Assembly: GCA_016794725.1 (NCBI GenBank)
Contig: JAEUGZ010000564.1
Location: forward strand, 1-50,484
Direction of reading: 5' to 3'
Length of the DNA stretch: 50,484 bases
DNA from: Opitutaceae bacterium
Lineage (GTDB): Bacteria > Verrucomicrobiota > Verrucomicrobiia > Opitutales > Opitutaceae
This document shows positions 17,101 through 26,073 of the stretch, piece by piece (the stretch's first letter is position 1; each line of letters begins with the position of its first letter). The notes under the pieces were generated by a model. The model ran no database searches. It worked only from the letters and a program-made list of their open reading frames with translations, and was not told the DNA's origin. A program made the translations under genes and the position numbers.

Positions 17101-19791
17101 CTAGAACGTGCGGGTAAAGGTGAATTGGAAGCGCCGCTCCGGATTCACGGTCACGAGCGTTTCGCTTCCGTCGCCGCCGCTCCGGGAGCGGAAACTAAGA
17201 TCGTCCGTGACATTGAAAACGTCCGCCTTCAGCCTCCACTGGCCGAAGTGATAGAAGGCGCCGACATTGATCGTGCGCGTCAGCGGGAGCTTCAAGAGCT
17301 GCCAGCGGCCGGAGTAGGTGCTGGAGAAGTAGTTTCCGCTCAGGGTGAAACCCAGTCCGTTCGACATCGTGTAGATGGAGCTGATGCCAAACTGGTTCTC
17401 CGGCACGCCTTGCTTTTCCGAATACATCGCCGCCACATCAGCCGGCACCGTCAGATTGAGCTTGCCGCCATAGCCAAACGCCTCGGCGGGGTAGATCACC
17501 TTTCCGGTGGCATCGACGACGTCCTTGAAACCAAGCCAGTCGGCGTTGATCCAGATGCTTCCGGTGCGAACCGGGTCATACTCGGTCTTCTGCGTCAGCG
17601 CATAGACCGACGCGGAAAAGGCCTTGGTCGGCACCCACTTGATCTCCATCTCGGTGCCGCGCGTCACCGTTGACGACACCTCGGCCGCCAGCAGGGACGA
17701 ATCCGAGTTCGGCGAAACGTCCGTGCGCGTCTGCTCGTAGGCGGCGACACTGACAAACACCTTGTTGTTGAGCAGGCTCGACTTGACTCCCGCCTCCAGG
17801 ATCTCACCCGCACCAATGTGTCCGGCCAGAATGACGGCGTTATCCATCTTGTTGTTGTTCGACTCAAGCATCAGGCTGGAGTGGGAGAACGTGAGGTAGG
17901 GAACGATCTTGAACGGCGCCTTGTAGCTGAGACTGGCGCTCCAAGAAGAGCCGTTGTCGTAGCCCTTGGCAAAGGAGTCACCGACCACGAAGCGCCCGGG
18001 ACTGGCGGACGTGCCCGCGTTGGGAGTGAAGCCGGCATAGTCGACGTTCTCCGCATAGGAGCGGTCACGCCTTCCACCAATCATGAGGTTGATCTTGCTG
18101 AAGAAATCCACATCCAGCATCGCGCCCACCCCTGCCTCCCAGTACACCGTGCGGTAACTGCTGGTGTAGGGAGCGCCGTCAGCGTTGATGTCGGGATTGT
18201 CGAAGGGGTGGGCGAAATTGACATTTGGAGTCAGGCCCGCACCCATCGCGTCAACCCGGTACCCACCGCCAAAGTCGCCGCCATAACGGAAACCGGTGGC
18301 GCGCGTGTGGCGGAAGTTCGCCGAGACCAGTGTATTGACCGCCATCCAGTCGGGCAGCTTGGAAAGCCGGTAGGTCAGGGTCGCCTTGTCCTCGTAGATA
18401 TAGACGTCCTGCTTGCCGCCGCTGGGCGTTCCGGAGACCTTGTTTTGATCCTGACTGTCGAAGAACATCTGGTTCTTGAACGTGAAGTCGGGATTGAAGT
18501 CGTAGAGCAAATCCAGGTACGCGACGATGAACTCGGCCTTCAAGTCGCGCTCATAGGCGCTCGGACGGCGGTAGTCGATCGTCGTGGTGCCGACCGTGCG
18601 CGGATCGAGCACGAAGCCGATCGGTAGCTGCAATGATGTCGGCAGCGGACCGCCGGCGCCCTGGGCGCGCAACAGGCCGGTTGGATCAGCGGCCGGATTG
18701 GCCACGAGGTAGTTGAACATGGTGACCGGAATGCCCGAGACCGTCGGGAACTTGCCGAGCGGATAGGCCTTGCCCGAGGAGTCACGCGGCCAACTGAACG
18801 TCTGGCTCAACGGGGCGTTGGCATTGCTCAGATTCCCGCGCACGGGCGAGGCCCTTTGATACTCATAGTAACCGATCGCGCCATTGTTGTTGGTATCGAG
18901 ATTGATGAGCGGCGACCCGGTGATGACCGTGCCGTTGTCAATCCAGTCCTGAGTGATGCGACCGGGGAACGCTCCCGCGGTCTGACTCAGCTGGTAGCTG
19001 AAACCGGTCTCCAGACGCAGCTTGCCCACCGCATCATCCAGGCTGATCGCTCCCTGGAGAATCTTCTGCTTGATCGGCACGTCCTGGATGTAGGCGTCCG
19101 AGTCCTCAAAGAGGCCGTAGACATAGTATCCACCCTTCTTCTTCCCGACCTTGAGCGGCCCCCCCACCCCGGCGGACGCCTCGAATTTCCCGTAGCTGCC
19201 GGTGGTCAGCTGGGTGACTCCCTCGCTGGAGGAGAGATAGCCACCCGTCTTCGCCCGACCTGCCTTGGGCACCATGTTCGTGTAGCCACCAATCTTGCCC
19301 ATGCCAAATATGGGCGACGGGGGACCCTTCACCACTTCGATCGAATCCATCGCGGCGAGCACGGATCGTCCATGCCCCTGCAGGTTCATTCGCTTCATGC
19401 CGCGGAAGTAGGTATCCCCCGGCACACTCCGGACGTCGATGCCACCCTGAATGCCAAACCGCGTGACCGTGAACACCCCGGGCACCACGCGCACCAAGTC
19501 CTCCACTGCCGAGAGCGACATCGCGTCAATCACCTCGGCACTCACCAGCGAGACCGAGCGAGGCGTCTCCAGAATTGATTTTTGAAATCCGAAGGCGCCC
19601 TCCACCGGTTTCTCCGGAAGCATGCCAAGGGGGTCCTCGACCACTTCCTCGACGATGAACTTGTTCAGGATGGTCACGGGCTCCTCCGCCGCGGCCTGAG
19701 CCTTGGCCTTCGAACTCACGCTCTGGGCAGAGGCGAGGAGTGTGCAGCAGGCGAAGGATGCGGCGCCTGCAATGTGCGCTAGGTTTCTCAT
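17101..19791 (-). CDS. TonB-dependent outer-membrane receptor with a FhuA/siderophore-receptor-like plug
   Basis: Start at MRNLAHIAGAASFACCTLLASAQS (ATG 19791). TonB-box-like VTILNKFIV. Plug blocks ETPRSVSLVS, DVRSVPGDTYFRGM and IEVVKGPPSPIFGMGKIGGYTNMVPK. C-terminal beta-strand ...FQFTFTRTF. Confidence 0.85.
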   Translation of the reverse strand: MRNLAHIAGAASFACCTLLASAQSVSSKAKAQAAAEEPVTILNKFIVEEVVEDPLGMLPEKPVEGAFGFQKSILETPRSVSLVSAEVIDAMSLSAVEDLVRVVPGVFTVTRFGIQGGIDVRSVPGDTYFRGMKRMNLQGHGRSVLAAMDSIEVVKGPPSPIFGMGKIGGYTNMVPKAGRAKTGGYLSSSEGVTQLTTGSYGKFEASAGVGGPLKVGKKKGGYYVYGLFEDSDAYIQDVPIKQKILQGAISLDDAVGKLRLETGFSYQLSQTAGAFPGRITQDWIDNGTVITGSPLINLDTNNNGAIGYYEYQRASPVRGNLSNANAPLSQTFSWPRDSSGKAYPLGKFPTVSGIPVTMFNYLVANPAADPTGLLRAQGAGGPLPTSLQLPIGFVLDPRTVGTTTIDYRRPSAYERDLKAEFIVAYLDLLYDFNPDFTFKNQMFFDSQDQNKVSGTPSGGKQDVYIYEDKATLTYRLSKLPDWMAVNTLVSANFRHTRATGFRYGGDFGGGYRVDAMGAGLTPNVNFAHPFDNPDINADGAPYTSSYRTVYWEAGVGAMLDVDFFSKINLMIGGRRDRSYAENVDYAGFTPNAGTSASPGRFVVGDSFAKGYDNGSSWSASLSYKAPFKIVPYLTFSHSSLMLESNNNKMDNAVILAGHIGAGEILEAGVKSSLLNNKVFVSVAAYEQTRTDVSPNSDSSLLAAEVSSTVTRGTEMEIKWVPTKAFSASVYALTQKTEYDPVRTGSIWINADWLGFKDVVDATGKVIYPAEAFGYGGKLNLTVPADVAAMYSEKQGVPENQFGISSIYTMSNGLGFTLSGNYFSSTYSGRWQLLKLPLTRTINVGAFYHFGQWRLKADVFNVTDDLSFRSRSGGDGSETLVTVNPERRFQFTFTRTF

Positions 19792-20216
19792 ATTGGGTGT
19801 GAAGGTCGATGCAGTTCGTTTGGTTCCAGTGTCAGCGCCAACAAGCACGGCACGTGCCCATTCATGATTTGAATACACAACCAGGCATGAATGTTTTTCC
19901 AGGCACCGGCCGCAACCGCCCCGGGGTTGCAGTTACAAATCAGATCCGTAGTTGATTGTTCACTTCACCGTTAATGTGTGACCACTGACCGACCCGACGC
20001 GATTCAACCGACGTCCGCGAACGCCTCGGCACACCTCCGGTTCGCGGCGTCCGTCGGATCCACCCTGCGGCAACCAGTCGGTGCTACACTTTCAACTACC
20101 GACGCTGGTAGACAGAGGGGCACGCCGGCGCCCGCACCGGGCCGGCGGCCCGGCGCGTCTCGTCCAGGGTCCGCTCCACCCCAATCCGGGACCGGAATGT
20201 CCCGGCGAGGGCGGAC

Positions 20217-22481
20217 TCACGCTGAGGGTGTTGGTTTGAGCTGGTTCAGTATCGATTCGGGAGTGAAGGGAATGCGACGGACTCGCACGCCCAGCGCGTC
20301 GTAGATTGCATTGCCGATCGAGGCGGCGATCGGCCGTGTCGCCGGCTCGCCCGCACCGGTGGAGGGTCGGTCGGGGCGGTTGTTGACGATCTCGATGTCA
20401 ATCGCCTGGGGAACCTCGGTCATGTCAAGAATGGGATAGCTCAGCCAGTCGGTGCTGGTCACCGCGGTGGAGGTGAAGGCCACCGCCTCGTGGAGCGCCC
20501 GGCTCAGCCCTTGGATCAGATTCGCCTCAATGGTCCCCTGCAGGCTGGCCGGATTGATGACGAAACCGCAGTCGTGGGCCACCACGAAGCGCTCCACCCG
20601 AACCCGGCCGGTGGTTGTGTCCACCGCCACCTCCGTCACGATCGCCACGGTCGTACCGTTGCGCGGCGCATAGGCAATACCGCGCCCGCGCCGGGTCGCA
20701 GCCGATCCCGGCGCGGGATTGGGCGAGGGACGTGACTCCCAGCCTGCCCGGCTGGCCGCCGCGTGAACGATGTCGCGGTCACGCTGATCCGACAGGTATT
20801 GGATGCGAAACTGCACGGGATCCATCCCGGCGGCGGCGGCCAGCTCATCCACAAAACACTCGCTGGCAAAACACGTCGCCATGCCATCGGGGTCGCGAAG
20901 GTGAGCCGTGCGCAGTCCGGTCGGAAGGGCGTGATCCCAGGGCAGGAGGTGGGACGTCAGTCGTTTCGCCGGAAACCGGTAGGTCTCGGTCGAAAACTGG
21001 AACCGGTCGGTGCTTTTGGCCTTCCATCCCCCGAGCATCTGCCCGAGAAGCGAATCCCCCGGCTCCTCGGTGCTGGAGGCGCGCAGACGACCTGAAAAGC
21101 CCCGCGCTTCATAGTCAAAGGCAGTCACCGCTCCCGTTGTACTCAGCCCACCGCGCATCGTCACCACCAAGGGAGGCCCCTTCGGATCCCACGCCGTTCC
21201 CTCCTCCCGGCTGTACTGCACCCGCACCGGCCGCCGCACGCGCGCCGAAAGGAACGCGGCATCCATGGCGGCATCGTCGGCGTCATTCATGCCATAGGAG
21301 CCGGGACCCGCCATCCACACCACCCGGACACGGCCAGGCTTCAGTCCGAGGAGTTTCGCGACCGCCCGACGCAGTGAATAGGGTTTCTGGCCTCCCATCC
21401 AGACTGTGGCGGAGTCCTCCTTCACCTCGGCAACCCCACAGCCGGGTCCCATGCAGGCATGGGACTGAAAAGGAAACTCGTACCGCGCCTGAAGGACCCG
21501 GGCCGACGCCTGCAAGCCTTCATCCACCGAGCCCACCGTATCCGCCGACTCCGACACACCCGGATTGCCCGCGGCCAGGTGGGTGTAGAGCTCACCGTAG
21601 GAGCCGGGGAACCGGGGGGCGGGCGTGCTCCAGCGCGGGACAAGGCTCCGCGCCGCCCGCACTGCCTGGAACTCCTGCTCGCAAACCACCGCGACGAAGT
21701 TTCCCTGTGTCACCACCTCAATCAATCCAGGTGACGAAAAGTCCGGCGGCACGCCGAGCAGCGTCGCCCCCGCCTGGGGCGGTCGAACGACGCGTGCATG
21801 CACCATCGCAGGGAGCACGAAGTCGACCAGGTACTCATAGCTGCCGTGCACCTTGGGGGGAATGTCGATGCGCGGTACCGGCTTGCCGACGTAGCGGTAG
21901 TGTTCCGGCGACTTCGTCTCAACCCCCTTGGGCAGGGCGAGTTCCAGCTTCCGGCCCTTCACCAGCTGGGCATAGGTTACGCCGACGCCAGGACGCAGCG
22001 TGGTGGTCACCACGCCCGCGTTCACGGCGAGTGCCTCCACACCCACGCCCAGCTGCTCCGCCGCCAGACCCAGTAGGTGGTGATGGGCGGCTGCGGCGGC
22101 CTTGCGCAGAGCCGACCCGCCCTCGACAATACCGTTGCTCGATCCGGTCCCGCGTTGATCCACCGTCGAGGCCGTGTCGCCCATGACCAGGACAACGCAT
22201 TCCATGTCGACCCTGAGTTCGTCCGCCACGATCTGCACAAACGCAGTACTGACACCCATGCCGGCTTCTATCTTCCCCACCGCCGCCACCACGCGTCCGT
22301 CATCGAGCAGCGCGAGCCAGGAATCGACGCGGTCAGCCGGAATGCTCTCCTTCCAGTCAGGGGTCACGGGAGCCTGCGCACGGAGCGACGGCGGCGCGGA
22401 GAAGAGCACGACCAGACCGCCGGCCACTCCAAGAAAGTCGCGGCGCGTCCAAAAACCGCCGGCCGGGGACGACGGGCTCAT
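20217..22481 (-). CDS. Molybdopterin-binding subunit of an IorB/aldehyde-oxidoreductase-like xanthine dehydrogenase-family enzyme, TAT-exported
   Basis: Twin-arginine signal MSPSSPAGGFWTRRDFLGVAGGLVVLFSAPPSLRA. The size (about 754 aa) and blocks (GKIEAGMGVSTA, GGQKPY, AGPGSYGMND, GAGEPA) fit the family. The ATG overlaps the upstream stop as ATGA (22478-22481). Confidence 0.85.
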   Translation of the reverse strand: MSPSSPAGGFWTRRDFLGVAGGLVVLFSAPPSLRAQAPVTPDWKESIPADRVDSWLALLDDGRVVAAVGKIEAGMGVSTAFVQIVADELRVDMECVVLVMGDTASTVDQRGTGSSNGIVEGGSALRKAAAAAHHHLLGLAAEQLGVGVEALAVNAGVVTTTLRPGVGVTYAQLVKGRKLELALPKGVETKSPEHYRYVGKPVPRIDIPPKVHGSYEYLVDFVLPAMVHARVVRPPQAGATLLGVPPDFSSPGLIEVVTQGNFVAVVCEQEFQAVRAARSLVPRWSTPAPRFPGSYGELYTHLAAGNPGVSESADTVGSVDEGLQASARVLQARYEFPFQSHACMGPGCGVAEVKEDSATVWMGGQKPYSLRRAVAKLLGLKPGRVRVVWMAGPGSYGMNDADDAAMDAAFLSARVRRPVRVQYSREEGTAWDPKGPPLVVTMRGGLSTTGAVTAFDYEARGFSGRLRASSTEEPGDSLLGQMLGGWKAKSTDRFQFSTETYRFPAKRLTSHLLPWDHALPTGLRTAHLRDPDGMATCFASECFVDELAAAAGMDPVQFRIQYLSDQRDRDIVHAAASRAGWESRPSPNPAPGSAATRRGRGIAYAPRNGTTVAIVTEVAVDTTTGRVRVERFVVAHDCGFVINPASLQGTIEANLIQGLSRALHEAVAFTSTAVTSTDWLSYPILDMTEVPQAIDIEIVNNRPDRPSTGAGEPATRPIAASIGNAIYDALGVRVRRIPFTPESILNQLKPTPSA

Positions 22482-22978
22482 TTCCTCACCTTCCGCCAGA
22501 GCACCGCAGCGCGTTTGACCGCGCGCAGAATGCTGACATGCGCACCACAACGGCACTTGAGGTCGGAGAGCGCCCCTCGGATGCGGGCGTCATCCGCCTC
22601 CGGATCGGCCTCAAGCAGCGCCACGGCCGTCATGATCCACCCATTGAGGCAATAGCCGCACTGCGCCGCCTGCTCGTCAATGAACGCCTGCTGCACCACG
22701 TGCCGGGCCTCCAGGGCCTGGGTCCGCGGTCCCCGTGAGGCCAGACCCTCCAGAGTCGTCACCTGAGTCGCGGCCGCGCCCTCGGCGGGCACGCTGCACG
22801 ACCGGGCCGCCACCCCGTTGATCAGGACGGTGCAGGCTCCGCACTGGCCGAGCCCGCAGCCAAAACGGGGGCCCTTGATTCCGAGTTGATTCCTGAGAAC
22901 GTAGAGCAGCGGCGTATCCGATTCGATCGGTACGGAGGTCGGTTTACCATTCAACTCAAAGGTGATGGTTGGTGTCAT
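22478..22978 (-). CDS. (2Fe-2S)-binding small subunit (IorA-like) of the molybdenum hydroxylase
   Basis: GCGLGQCGACTVLINGVAARSC and QCGYCLNG...CRCGAH are the two [2Fe-2S] motifs. It has no signal peptide of its own, so it may hitch-hike on the large subunit. Confidence 0.9.
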   Translation of the reverse strand: MTPTITFELNGKPTSVPIESDTPLLYVLRNQLGIKGPRFGCGLGQCGACTVLINGVAARSCSVPAEGAAATQVTTLEGLASRGPRTQALEARHVVQQAFIDEQAAQCGYCLNGWIMTAVALLEADPEADDARIRGALSDLKCRCGAHVSILRAVKRAAVLWRKVRK

Positions 22979-22981
22979 GGT

Positions 22982-25900
22982 TCAGGCGACCGCCGAGGGC
23001 AGCACGGGGGAATCCACCGGCTGGGGAGCCGCCACCTGCGTGCGGCGGGCACAGACGAGGAGGTACATGGAGGGAACCACATAGAGCGTGAGCACGCTGC
23101 CGACGATCAGTCCCCCGATCACCGCCAGACCCATCGAGACCCGGCTTTCGCTGCCCGCACCCAGGGCAAGCGCGATCGGCACCACACCGAGCACCGTGGC
23201 CACCGTGGTCATCAGAATCGGCCGCAGCCGCGTGTCCGCCGCCTGCAGCACCGCCTCGCGCGCCGCCACACCATCGCGAACCCGCTGCAGGGTGAACTCA
23301 ACGAGGAGGATGCCATTCTTGGTGATCAACCCCACCAGCATGATGATCCCAATCTGGCTAAAAATGTTCAGGGTCTGGTCAAAAAGTGCGAGCGTGCCGA
23401 GCGCGCCGACCAACGCGAGCGGGACGGTCAGCATGATCACAAACGGAGCACGCCAGCTTTCAAACTGGGCCGCCATCACCAGGTAAACAAACACCAGCGC
23501 GAGCGCAAAACCGACCAGCAGTCCTTTCTGACTCTCCGCATAGTCCGCCGCCGCGCCGGTCAACGCCGTATCCAGTTCCTTCGGCAGGTGATCCCGGGCC
23601 AGGGCCCGCATCGCGACAATTCCGTCCGCGATGGTTACCCCCGGGGCCAGGCGGGCCGATACGGTGGCCGCAATCTGCCGACCATAGCGATATCGCTGCG
23701 GCGGGGCCACCCGTTCCTTGACTGATATGAGGTTGTCCAGCGACACCAGTTTCCCCGGCGCCACCCGCACCGCCAGCCGGTTGATCGTGCTCGCGTCCAG
23801 CCTCATGTCGGCCGACAGCTGCTGCACCACCTCGTACTGGCGCCCGTTCCGGGTGTAGTAACCCACGCGCTGTCCGCTCAGCGCCGATTGCAGGGTCTGC
23901 GCCACGGTGACGGCCGAGACTCCCAGTGCCTGCAGTCGTTCCCGATCCAGCTCCACCTGCAACTCAGGTCGGGTGAACTTGAGGTCGACCTCACTCGAGG
24001 CAAACGAGGGAGCATCCTCCACCGCATTGAGAAACTTCGGCAACCCATCGATCAGGTCCTTCATATCGGGAGCGCCGACGACGAATTGAACCGAATCACC
24101 GCTCCGTCGGTCGCCAATGCTGGTCTCCTGGGAAATGCTCACCCGCGCCCCGGGGTGGTTGCGCACCAGGCGGGTGAGGCGCGCCGCGATCTCAGCCTGC
24201 GACACACCTCGGGACGCTTTCGACGACAATTGAAGCTCGATCACCCCGGTGTTGGCCACCCCGGTTCCACTCCGCGCCCCCGAGGCCGGAACCTGAAGCG
24301 TCATCAGAACCGCCTCCGGCACCGCAGCATCCACCGCAGCCGCCAGGTCGTTCATGTAGGAGAGCATGTAGTCGTAGGAGGCGCCCTCCGGACCCGTCGC
24401 CCGGACCGCCACCCGGCTCCGATCCTCAAGCGGCGACAGTTCGGAAGGCAGGCGGCCATGCAGCCACACCACTGCCGCAACGCAGCCGGCCAGCACGCCC
24501 AGGACCAGCACGCGCCATCCCAGCACCCGCTCCAGCGAGGATCGGTATCCTTTCCTGAGTGACGCGAGAAAGCGCTCCATCCCACCCAACCACCCCACCC
24601 TGCCGCCATGAATCCGAGCGCCCATCATGGGCGTCAGGGTAAGCGCCACAAACGCGGACAACCCCACCGCCGACGCAATGACCACGCCAAACTCACGAAA
24701 GAGCCGTCCCGTCAGTCCCTCCAGAAATACGATGGGGGAAAACACCACCACCAGCGCCAGCGTAGTTGCGATGACCGCCACATACACCTCTTTGGTTCCT
24801 TCAATGCCGGCATCGAGCGGCGACATGCCTTCCTCCTGCCGCCGGTGGATGTTTTCCACCACCACGATGGCATCGTCGACCACGAGTCCCACCGCCAGCA
24901 CCAGGCCAAGGAGGGTGAGGATGTTCAGGGAAAACCCCGCCGCCTGCATCACCAGGAACGTTCCGACCAGCGAAATCGGGATCGCCACCGCCGGGATGAG
25001 GGTGACGCGCCAGGAACCAAGAAATAGAAAGAGGACCACCACCACGAGGAGGAGCGCCAGACCGATCGTCTCGGCCAACTCGACCACCGCCTGGCGGACA
25101 AACTGGGTTGTATCCGTGGCGATTTCCACGGTGACATCGGCCGGCAGTGAAGCGCGGATGGCATCGAGACGGCGGTAGGTTTCGTCAGCGATCGTGATCT
25201 GATTCGCGCCCGGTTGCGGACGGACCGCGAGCCCGACCAGCGGGACTCCGCGCAAGGTGTAGGAGAGGCGTTCGTTCAGCGGGGCATACTCAGCCTGTCC
25301 GATCTCTTCAAACGGGATGCGCTGCTCCGCCTTGGTCAGCACTGCCATGCGATTGAACTCCTCCGGCGTGCGCAGCCGCCCTTGCGCCTGCAAGGTCAGC
25401 TCCGAGGCGCGATTTTCCACGCGTCCACCGGGTAGCTCCACGCTCTCGCGCTGCACCGCTTCCTTGACGTCAAGCGCGGTCAGTCCATGCGCCGCCATAC
25501 GATCGGGATCCAGCCAGAGTTTGATCGACTGGCGCTTCTCACCGAGGATGTCGACCCCGCCCACCTCGGGAATCGTCTGCAGGCGATCCTTAACCCGATC
25601 CGCCAGTTCGGTCAGTTCCATGAGGTCACGGCGGTCGCTCCGCACCACGAGGGTGAGCACTGGCGAGGAATCGGCGTCGGACTTGGAGATCGAGGGCGGA
25701 TCGACATCCCGGGGCAACAGTCGAATCGCGCGGCTAATCTGGTCCCGGACGTCATTGGCCGCCGCTTCCAGATCCGTCCCCAGTTCAAACTCGACCCGGA
25801 TGCGGCTCGCACCATCGCGGCTGACCGACGTCAGGGAACGGATGCCGGAGACCGTGTTCACCGCCTCCTCCAGGGGAACGGTGATCTGCGATTCAATGAC

Positions 25901-26071
25901 CTCGGCATTGGCCCCGGGGTAGTTCGCCACCACGGAGATCACCGGGGGATCGACCGCGGGATACTCCCTGACTCCGAGCCGGGAGAGCGCGATGGCTCCG
26001 GTGAGAAAGAGCACTCCGGAGAGCACCACCGTGAACACCGGACGCCTGACGCACAGCTCGTAGAGTCGCAT
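22982..26071 (-). CDS. RND efflux transporter permease (AcrB/HAE family)
   Basis: 1029 aa with 12-TM architecture. N-terminus CVRRPVFTVVLSGVLFLTGAIAL, LVVDDAIVVVENI and a duplicated half with GLITKNGILLVEF. Confidence 0.92.
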   Translation of the reverse strand: MRLYELCVRRPVFTVVLSGVLFLTGAIALSRLGVREYPAVDPPVISVVANYPGANAEVIESQITVPLEEAVNTVSGIRSLTSVSRDGASRIRVEFELGTDLEAAANDVRDQISRAIRLLPRDVDPPSISKSDADSSPVLTLVVRSDRRDLMELTELADRVKDRLQTIPEVGGVDILGEKRQSIKLWLDPDRMAAHGLTALDVKEAVQRESVELPGGRVENRASELTLQAQGRLRTPEEFNRMAVLTKAEQRIPFEEIGQAEYAPLNERLSYTLRGVPLVGLAVRPQPGANQITIADETYRRLDAIRASLPADVTVEIATDTTQFVRQAVVELAETIGLALLLVVVVLFLFLGSWRVTLIPAVAIPISLVGTFLVMQAAGFSLNILTLLGLVLAVGLVVDDAIVVVENIHRRQEEGMSPLDAGIEGTKEVYVAVIATTLALVVVFSPIVFLEGLTGRLFREFGVVIASAVGLSAFVALTLTPMMGARIHGGRVGWLGGMERFLASLRKGYRSSLERVLGWRVLVLGVLAGCVAAVVWLHGRLPSELSPLEDRSRVAVRATGPEGASYDYMLSYMNDLAAAVDAAVPEAVLMTLQVPASGARSGTGVANTGVIELQLSSKASRGVSQAEIAARLTRLVRNHPGARVSISQETSIGDRRSGDSVQFVVGAPDMKDLIDGLPKFLNAVEDAPSFASSEVDLKFTRPELQVELDRERLQALGVSAVTVAQTLQSALSGQRVGYYTRNGRQYEVVQQLSADMRLDASTINRLAVRVAPGKLVSLDNLISVKERVAPPQRYRYGRQIAATVSARLAPGVTIADGIVAMRALARDHLPKELDTALTGAAADYAESQKGLLVGFALALVFVYLVMAAQFESWRAPFVIMLTVPLALVGALGTLALFDQTLNIFSQIGIIMLVGLITKNGILLVEFTLQRVRDGVAAREAVLQAADTRLRPILMTTVATVLGVVPIALALGAGSESRVSMGLAVIGGLIVGSVLTLYVVPSMYLLVCARRTQVAAPQPVDSPVLPSAVA

Positions 26072-26073
26072 GG

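Noticed and set aside
20186-20205. The hairpin ccgggac-cggaat-gtcccgg just after the Mo-subunit stop, considered as a terminator separating the pump operon from the receptor operon.
   Set aside because: It has only a 7-bp stem and no U-tract on the minus strand, which is too weak to call. The operon boundary remains undetermined.
19792-20216. I looked for a cobalamin riboswitch or a canonical Fur box in the long leader of the first receptor gene.
   Set aside because: There is no B12-box-like core and no 19-bp Fur consensus. I report only generic palindromes, as a low-interest finding.
20615-22186. A 523-aa + strand ORF lies inside the Mo-subunit gene.
   Set aside because: It is extremely Pro/Arg/Ser-rich and is an antisense shadow of a well-supported minus-strand gene.
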